Source: Bryobacterales bacterium (lineage in GTDB: Bacteria; Acidobacteriota; Terriglobia; Bryobacterales; Bryobacteraceae). Taken from it: 34,677 bases of DNA. The notes under the pieces were generated by a model, which saw only the letters and a list, made by a program, of their open reading frames with translations, was not told the origin of the DNA and searched no databases. The position numbers and the translations under genes were made by a program. This document shows, piece after piece, positions 29,962-34,677 of this stretch (within the stretch, counting starts at the first letter, position 1; each line of letters starts with the position of its first letter). The stretch lies in the NCBI GenBank assembly GCA_003137035.1, contig PLEM01000495.1:952-35628 (forward strand), written 5' to 3'.

Positions 29962-30036
29962 GCGGGTTTCAACCCGCGCGGGGCTTGAGCCCCGCCGCGC
30001 CGCGGGGCTGAAGCCCCACGCGGACTCAAAGTCCGC
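29962..30036. repeat. array of four abutting REP-like GC-rich hairpins; likely also the terminator of the rpsA-ihfB-HIT transcript
   Basis: GCGGGT-TTCA-ACCCGC (29962-77), GCGGGGC-TTGA-GCCCCGC (29978-95), GCGGGGC-TGAA-GCCCCAC (30002-19) and GCGGAC-TCAAA-GTCCGC (30020-36). Confidence 0.75.
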
Positions 30037-30075
30037 CCCCCTTGCCTGTGTCCCCAACTCCCGCGAGGAAGCGGC

Positions 30076-30555
30076 CTACCGCCAGGCCTGGCGCAGCTTC
30101 TGGTAGGTGGTCGCGAGCTCCTCGGGCAGCACGCGCGTCTCGCCGACGACGGTCATGAAGTTGGCGTCTCCGCTCCAGCGGGGCAGCACGTGCATATGGA
30201 TGTGGCCGGCCACTCCGGCGCCCGCGCATTCGCCCAGGTTCATCCCGAGGTTCAGGCCCCGGGGCCGGTAAATCTCGCGCAGGCTCCCTTCGGCGCGGCG
30301 CGCCAGCAACATCATCTCGGTGAGGGTCTCTTCCGCCGCCTGCTCGAGCGTGGCGACGTGCTCGTAGGGTGCGATCATCAGATGGCCGTTGGTGTACGGA
30401 TAACGGTTCAGGATGACGAAATTGAGCTTGGCGCGGTGGAGGATGTAGTTCTCCTCATCGCGCGCCCCGGCGGCCGCCACGCAGAAAATGCATTCGTCAC
30501 CCGGGCCAGCCTGGCTGATATAGCGGTAGCGCCACGGACTCCAGACGTAATCCAT
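30076..30555 (-). CDS. HIT family protein (Ap4A phosphorylase / nucleotidyltransferase-like)
   Basis: 159 aa with the histidine triad GHIHMHVLPRW. N-terminal WSPWRYRYI and CIFC. Confidence 0.8.
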   Translation of the reverse strand: MDYVWSPWRYRYISQAGPGDECIFCVAAAGARDEENYILHRAKLNFVILNRYPYTNGHLMIAPYEHVATLEQAAEETLTEMMLLARRAEGSLREIYRPRGLNLGMNLGECAGAGVAGHIHMHVLPRWSGDANFMTVVGETRVLPEELATTYQKLRQAWR

Positions 30556-30573
30556 GCCGGTTCCGGACCGGGG

Positions 30574-30912
30574 CTACGGCGCCGGCGGCGCTTCGGTTGC
30601 GGGCGCCGGGGGCGGAGCGGATTCACCAGCCGCCTGAGGGCCGTTCACCAGATCCTTCAGCTCCTTGCTCGGTTTGAAGAACGGGATGCGCTTGGCCGGC
30701 ACCTCGACCCGTGTGCCGGTCTTGGGATTCCGCCCGATTCGGGGCTGGCGCTGGCGGGTCCGGAAACTGCCGAAACCGCGAATTTCGATCTTCTCGCCCG
30801 TGCGAAGTGCGCGTACGATGCTGTCGAAAATCGTCTCGACAATCACCTCGGAGTCCTTGCGACTCATCTCCACGACGCGGGAAACTTCTTCGATCAGCTC
30901 CGCCTTGGTCAT
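30574..30912 (-). CDS. ihfB: integration host factor beta subunit / HU-family DNA-binding protein with Pro/Ala-rich tail
   Basis: MTKAELIEEV.. GEKIEIRGFGSFRTRQRQPRIGRNPKTGTRVEVPAKRIPFFKPSKELK. It lies directly downstream of rpsA, the conserved rpsA-ihfB synteny. Confidence 0.8.
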   Translation of the reverse strand: MTKAELIEEVSRVVEMSRKDSEVIVETIFDSIVRALRTGEKIEIRGFGSFRTRQRQPRIGRNPKTGTRVEVPAKRIPFFKPSKELKDLVNGPQAAGESAPPPAPATEAPPAP

Positions 30913-30975
30913 AATGCTGTCATTCTCCCTGTACAGAACGCGGCTGTCAACCGCACCAGCGCGGCGTCGGGATTC

Positions 30976-32709
30976 TCAACGGGTCTCCCCCTGCCCTTTC
31001 ATGTTCATGACCTCTTCGATGGTCATGGTCGCGGCGGCGGCCCGGCGCTGGTATTCTTCCAGGCGGACCCGCTCCTCATCCTCGCCGAGGGCCCGGACGC
31101 TCAAACCGATTTTCTTCTCGGCCTCGCTCATCTTGATGATCTTGAAATCGTAGTCGCGGCCAATCTCCAGCGGCGGCTCGTCCTTCTTCTTGTCCAGCCC
31201 TCCGGGGATCTCCGAATTGTGGCACAGGCCCTCCACCCCCTCGGCCAGTTCTACGAACACTCCGAAATTAGCGGCCCGGCAGGCCTTGCCCCGAACGGTA
31301 TCTCCGACCTGGTGCGAGCGGAAGAACATCTCCCAGGCGTCCGGCTGGAGTTGCTTGATGCCCAGCGAGAGCCGCCGCGACGAAGCGTTGATGTGCAGCA
31401 CCACCGCCTGCACGAGCTGGCCCTTCTTGAGCACCTCGGAGGGATGCTTGACGCGCTTGGTCCAGGAAACGTCGGAAATGTGCACCAGCCCGTCAATGCC
31501 CTCTTCGATCTCGATGAAGGCTCCGAAATCGGTGAGCTTGCGCACCCGGCCTTCCACCACCGAGCCGACGCTGTAGCGCTGCTCCACCGTGGTCCAGGGA
31601 TCCGGCTCGAGTTGCTTGATGCCCAGGGAAATCCGCCGGTCTTTGGGCTGGACGGCGAGCACCACGGCCTCCACCTGGTCGCCCGGCTTGACCACTTTCG
31701 AGGGGTGCTTCATGCGGCGCGACCAGGTCATCTCGGAGATGTGGATCAGCGCCTCCACCCCGGGCTCCAGCTCGACGAAGGCGCCGTAGTCGGTCACGCT
31801 GACCACGTGGCCCACCACGCGGCCGTGTACCGGATAACGCTCCGCCGCGGTCTGCCAGGGGTCCGGCGTGAGTTCCTTCAGCCCCAGGGAAACCCGCTCC
31901 TTCTCGCGGTCGAACTTCAGCACCTTGACGCTGATCTCGTCGCCCACGCTGACGACTTCGGAAGGATGGTTCACGCGGCCGTAGCTCATGTCGCTGACGT
32001 GCAGCAGCCCGTCGATGCCGCCCAGATCCACGAACGCGCCGTACTCGGTGAGGTTCTTCACCACTCCGGTCACCACCGAGCCCTCTTGCAGCTCATCGAG
32101 CGTGCCGCGCTTGCGCGCTACCACTTCCTCCTCGATGGCCAGCTTCCGCGACACCACCACGTTGCCCCGCCGGCGATTCACCTTCACGATCTTGACCGGG
32201 ATGTCCTGCCCGATCAAAACGTCCAGGTTGTGAACCGGCCGGACGTCGACCTGGGAGCTGGGCATGAACGCCTTCACGCCTACGTCCACCGACAGGCCGC
32301 CCTTCACGCGCCCGGCAACGTGGCCCGAAACCAGCAGCCCTTCGCGGTGCGCCTTCTCCAGGTTGTCCCAGGAGCGGATGCGGGTGGCTTTCTCGTGCGA
32401 CAGGAGCACGTAGCCTTCCGGCTCCGGGCCGTGGCGGTCGATCATTACGTCGATGGTGTCGCCGGGCTGAACCGAAATCTGCCCATCCGCATGCGCGAAC
32501 TGTTCTATGGGAACCAGGCCTTCGGACTTGTATCCGAAATCGACGATAACTTCCTTTTCGGTGACCTTCAGGACCCGGCCTTCCAGGAGTTCGCCTTCGG
32601 CCGGCGGCGCAAAATGACCGTAGTCCTCGAGCAGGTGCTCGTAGTCCTCCTCAGGCAGGGCGGGCTGAGGTCTCACGCGCTGGTCATCTTGCTGGTTGGC
32701 CATAGCCAA
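30976..32709 (-). CDS. rpsA: 30S ribosomal protein S1
   Basis: 577 aa with six S1 (OB-fold) repeats, including GxVxGxVxxxxxxGAFVxL strings. Confidence 0.95.
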   Translation of the reverse strand: MAMANQQDDQRVRPQPALPEEDYEHLLEDYGHFAPPAEGELLEGRVLKVTEKEVIVDFGYKSEGLVPIEQFAHADGQISVQPGDTIDVMIDRHGPEPEGYVLLSHEKATRIRSWDNLEKAHREGLLVSGHVAGRVKGGLSVDVGVKAFMPSSQVDVRPVHNLDVLIGQDIPVKIVKVNRRRGNVVVSRKLAIEEEVVARKRGTLDELQEGSVVTGVVKNLTEYGAFVDLGGIDGLLHVSDMSYGRVNHPSEVVSVGDEISVKVLKFDREKERVSLGLKELTPDPWQTAAERYPVHGRVVGHVVSVTDYGAFVELEPGVEALIHISEMTWSRRMKHPSKVVKPGDQVEAVVLAVQPKDRRISLGIKQLEPDPWTTVEQRYSVGSVVEGRVRKLTDFGAFIEIEEGIDGLVHISDVSWTKRVKHPSEVLKKGQLVQAVVLHINASSRRLSLGIKQLQPDAWEMFFRSHQVGDTVRGKACRAANFGVFVELAEGVEGLCHNSEIPGGLDKKKDEPPLEIGRDYDFKIIKMSEAEKKIGLSVRALGEDEERVRLEEYQRRAAAATMTIEEVMNMKGQGETR

Positions 32710-32883
32710 ATCTCCGGGTCGACCGATCTACAGGCGCCGATGCCACGCGCGGGTCTGTCGCAGCCGGACTGGACCGGGACATGCCGCACGGCATGCAGTT
32801 TCCACGTTTCTCGCCCTGGGAGCAATCCGCTTTACCACCCTGACCCGTCACACACAAATGCCTGATAGATCAGCACTTTAAGA

Positions 32884-32912
32884 ATCTTAACGGAGGCGCT
32901 GCCGCTTGTCAA
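32884..32912 (-). promoter_or_regulatory. sigma70-type promoter for rpsA (TTGACA-17 nt-TAAGAT)
   Basis: On the minus strand TTGACA is at 32912-32907 and TAAGAT at 32889-32884. This implies a leader of about 165 nt that contains a CATGCCG/CGGCATG hairpin and a GGAG SD. Confidence 0.55.
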
Positions 32913-33008
32913 CCGTGGGTTCGGCCCGAAGTATTGTTTTCTCCAGAACAGGTTCGTAGGGAATTGTTCCGGCCGCCCGGCAGCACCGAACCGCGATCGT
33001 GAGGCGCC

Positions 33009-33096
33009 GTGAAAGAATCCGGGGACACTCCGGGCTGAGTTCGGGGAATCGGCCGTTTGCGGGGGCGCACAGGCGTGTCCCCAGGATTCTTTTCAC
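33009..33096. repeat. bulged 20/22-bp inverted repeat flanked by 7-bp direct repeats CGTGAGG
   Basis: GTGAAAGAATCCGGGGACAC (33009-33028) against GTGTCCCCAGGATTCTTTTCAC (33075-33096). CGTGAGG occurs at 32998-33004 and 33102-33108. Confidence 0.6.
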
Positions 33097-33143
33097 AGTC
33101 CCGTGAGGGAGAGATCCCGCCGGGCGTCTGCGGCGCTTCCGCG

Positions 33144-33173
33144 TTGACCCTCACGCGCCGGAAACCGTACAAT
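33144..33173 (+). promoter_or_regulatory. sigma70-type promoter for the tRNA-Gly/tRNA-Thr pair (TTGACC-18 nt-TACAAT)
   Basis: TTGACC at 33144-33149 and TACAAT at 33168-33173. The first tRNA starts at 33188. Confidence 0.6.
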
Positions 33174-33187
33174 GAAGTGGGTCGCGA

Positions 33188-33262
33188 GCGGGAGTAACTC
33201 AATGGTAGAGTCACAGCCTTCCAAGCTGTTGGTTGCGGGTTCGATTCCCGTCTCCCGCTCCA
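33188..33262 (+). tRNA. tRNA-Gly (anticodon UCC), CCA encoded
   Basis: Manual cloverleaf. Acceptor GCGGGAG/CTCCCGC, D arm ACTC-AATGGTA-GAGT, anticodon arm ACAGC-CTTCCAA-GCTGT, T arm GCGGG-TTCGATT-CCCGT, discriminator T, then CCA. Confidence 0.9.
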
Positions 33263-33266
33263 TCGA

Positions 33267-33342
33267 GCTGGCGTAGCTCAGCCGGTAGAGCATCTGATTT
33301 GTAATCAGAGGGTCGGGGGTTCAACTCCCTCCGCCAGCTCCA
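33267..33342 (+). tRNA. tRNA-Thr (anticodon UGU), CCA encoded
   Basis: Manual cloverleaf. Acceptor GCTGGCG/CGCCAGC, D arm GCTC-AGCCGGTA-GAGC, anticodon arm TCTGA-TTTGTAA-TCAGA, T arm GGGGG-TTCAACT-CCCTC, T, then CCA. Confidence 0.9.
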
Positions 33343-33361
33343 GATTCTAAAGCGGTTGTCT

Positions 33362-33835
33362 TCATTGGAGTTTGGCGGGCGCTTCGATTGTGGTGAGTTT
33401 TGTGGGGACCCCAACCGAAGCCGCCGGCCTCTTCGCCCTGGCCAGCGACTCGACCGCTCCCCGCTTGGCAGCCATCCGAACGTGAGAATGCCGCTCAAGC
33501 CTCCGCCTGGACACGTGGCCCGCGACGGCCAGCATGGTGCCTTCGGGCACGCCCGCCTCCGCCATCTTGGTGAGGGCGGTGTGGCGAAGATCGTGGGCGC
33601 GGCAGGCAATCCCCGCTTTGGACCGAAAGCGCTGCCAGGAACTCGTGATGTTGGTACACGGCCTCATGGAGTCGAACGGGTACGGAGAGGGCCGACGGTA
33701 GCCACAGTGGCCGGTACCACTTTCCCTCTGCTGCAAAGTGGAATAGAATGATTGTGTTTCAGATCGTCGGACAGGAATGCCAGACCAGCGGGCCGTTCTT
33801 TTGAGGCACTCGGCGTCGTCCGGAAGCGAATCCAT
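33362..33835 (-). pseudogene. tyrosine recombinase (phage integrase family) remnant: C-terminal catalytic part only, catalytic Tyr replaced by His
   Basis: ..WQRFRSKAGIACRAHDLRHTALTKMAEAGVPEGTMLAVAGHVS..LERHSHVRM. The HxLRH and GH boxes are present. The expected (Y)SH reads HSH (codon CAT). The N-terminal ~200+ aa are absent. It lies 20 nt from the tRNA-Thr 3' end. Confidence 0.7.
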
Positions 33836-33864
33836 CAGATACGCGAGCGCAAGGAGAGCCTAAG

Positions 33865-34677
33865 ATGCCCACAGCAATCAGGATTTGGGAGATCGACGGC
33901 CTGCATTTGAAGCCCGTTGAGGACTCCAACCTTTCAGTGGTACACGTCGAGAGCGAACTCGAAACCTGGATCTGCCGTAATGCCGAACTCCTCGGCGACC
34001 GCCTGCTTATTATCGATCGACAGCGCGACATTCCAGGCGTGGGTCGACTGGATCTGCTTGGACTTGACGAGGCGGGAAAACTCGTGATTGTAGAGCTCAA
34101 GCGCGACCGCACTCCGCGCGAGGCAGTTGCCCAGGCACTGGATTACGCGTCCTGGCTGGACTCCGTCAACGAAGAGGAAATCGAGGCGCACGCTGAACAG
34201 TACCTACAGCGGCCACTGTCGGAAGCCTTCTTCGAGTTCTTCCAAACAGAGCTCCCCGAGTACACGTGCCAGAATCACCGTATTGTGCTTGCAGCACCAC
34301 GTTTGGACGAGTCAGCCGAGCGGATCATCAACTATCTGGCAGAGCGGCACGGGGTCGAGATCAACGCCGTGTTCTTCCGTTACTGCAAGCTCACTGACGG
34401 CAAGGAGCTCCTGGCACGATCCGTTCTGGTCGCGGACGATACTCGTACTTCCGGCCATAAGCAGAAGCACCCCGCCTTTGAGCAACTCCTTGCCATCGCA
34501 ATCGAAAAACGCACTCCGGCAATCCTCGAACTCTGCCGGCAAATGCGTCAACAATGGCGCGAGACGAATCGGTGGACGTATGGGGGGTCTCTGCGATACT
34601 GGGCACCAACACCATCGGGCCAGGACAGGATGGTGTTCGGCGTGAACATCGCCGGCAAGAACAACCCGCCAGCCGGC
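33865..34677 (+). CDS. PD-(D/E)xK nuclease-fold protein (NucS/DUF91-like); 3' end outside window; not in supplied ORF track
   Basis: The ATG at 33865 is 6 nt after AAGGAGAG. My own translation is open for 271 codons to the window edge. It begins MPTAIRIWEIDGLHLKPVED and continues ..ELETWICRNAELLGDRLLIIDRQRDIPGVGRLDLLGLDEAGKLVIVELKRDRTPREAVAQALDYASWL. The D...ExK core is as in NucS-type nucleases. Confidence 0.75.
   Translation, partial: MPTAIRIWEIDGLHLKPVEDSNLSVVHVESELETWICRNAELLGDRLLIIDRQRDIPGVGRLDLLGLDEAGKLVIVELKRDRTPREAVAQALDYASWLDSVNEEEIEAHAEQYLQRPLSEAFFEFFQTELPEYTCQNHRIVLAAPRLDESAERIINYLAERHGVEINAVFFRYCKLTDGKELLARSVLVADDTRTSGHKQKHPAFEQLLAIAIEKRTPAILELCRQMRQQWRETNRWTYGGSLRYWAPTPSGQDRMVFGVNIAGKNNPPAG

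Noticed and set aside
29962-30036. Possible CRISPR array
   Set aside because: The units are palindromic, abut each other without unique spacers, differ in sequence and are only 16-18 nt long. This is REP-like, not CRISPR.
30190-32865. 891-aa plus-strand ORF
   Set aside because: It is antisense to HIT, ihfB and rpsA, all with unmistakable family signatures. It is a shadow ORF.
32887-33609. Small minus-strand ORFs 32887..33096, 32909..33214, 33093..33293 and 33211..33609
   Set aside because: They overlap the tRNA genes, their promoter or the inverted repeat, or are an alternative frame of the integrase remnant. They have no SD or protein-like features.
33343-34677. Intact prophage or integrative element
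   Set aside because: The integrase is truncated and lacks its catalytic Tyr. No att duplicate of the tRNA 3' end is visible within the window. Only a decayed island remnant can be claimed.

Overview
This is a high-G+C bacterial chromosomal segment. It most likely comes from an Acidobacteria genome of the Solibacter/Bryobacter type. The basis is two protein families recognised by eye: a secreted Ig-repeat protein ending in a TIGR03437-like 'Solibacter C-terminal' domain, and a TIGR03436-like acidobacterial VWFA protein. I support about 37 protein-coding genes (one absent from the ORF track), 1 integrase pseudogene and 2 tRNAs.

Most of the window is housekeeping:
- guaA (partial), an AlaX-type editing protein, an orphan nuoA and cysE
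- a GT2 plus polytopic membrane protein pair
- an M3 peptidase
- a fused MoaD-MoaE, a VWFA protein, an Hfq-like Sm protein and suhB
- a nucleoside salvage operon: deoA, nupC, punA, cdd and an amidohydrolase
- a CBS protein, a DsrE-like protein and a GH26 hydrolase
- hsp20-lon
- yceD, rpmF, plsX, dsbD and a 5'-nucleotidase on one strand
- rpsA, ihfB and a HIT protein

Many long ORFs in the track are antisense or shadow ORFs typical of high-G+C DNA.

Accessory-looking parts:
- A visibly AT-richer orphan secreted-protein gene at 18.85-19.25 kb.
- The last 1.3 kb after tRNA-Gly/tRNA-Thr. It holds a decayed tyrosine-integrase remnant and an open-ended PD-(D/E)xK (NucS/DUF91-like) nuclease ORF. This ORF is not in the supplied track and runs off the window.

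Non-coding structure worth checking:
- tandem GC-rich tetraloop hairpin (REP-like) arrays
- a 19-bp stem enclosing the lon stop codon
- a bulged ~20-bp inverted repeat with flanking 7-bp direct repeats between the rpsA and tRNA promoters
- recurrent -10-like boxes 7-9 nt upstream of start codons, suggesting leaderless mRNAs

I saw no CRISPR array, no intact mobile element and no complete recognisable defence system. The best candidate for something new is the truncated island at the 3' edge, which cannot be resolved without flanking sequence.
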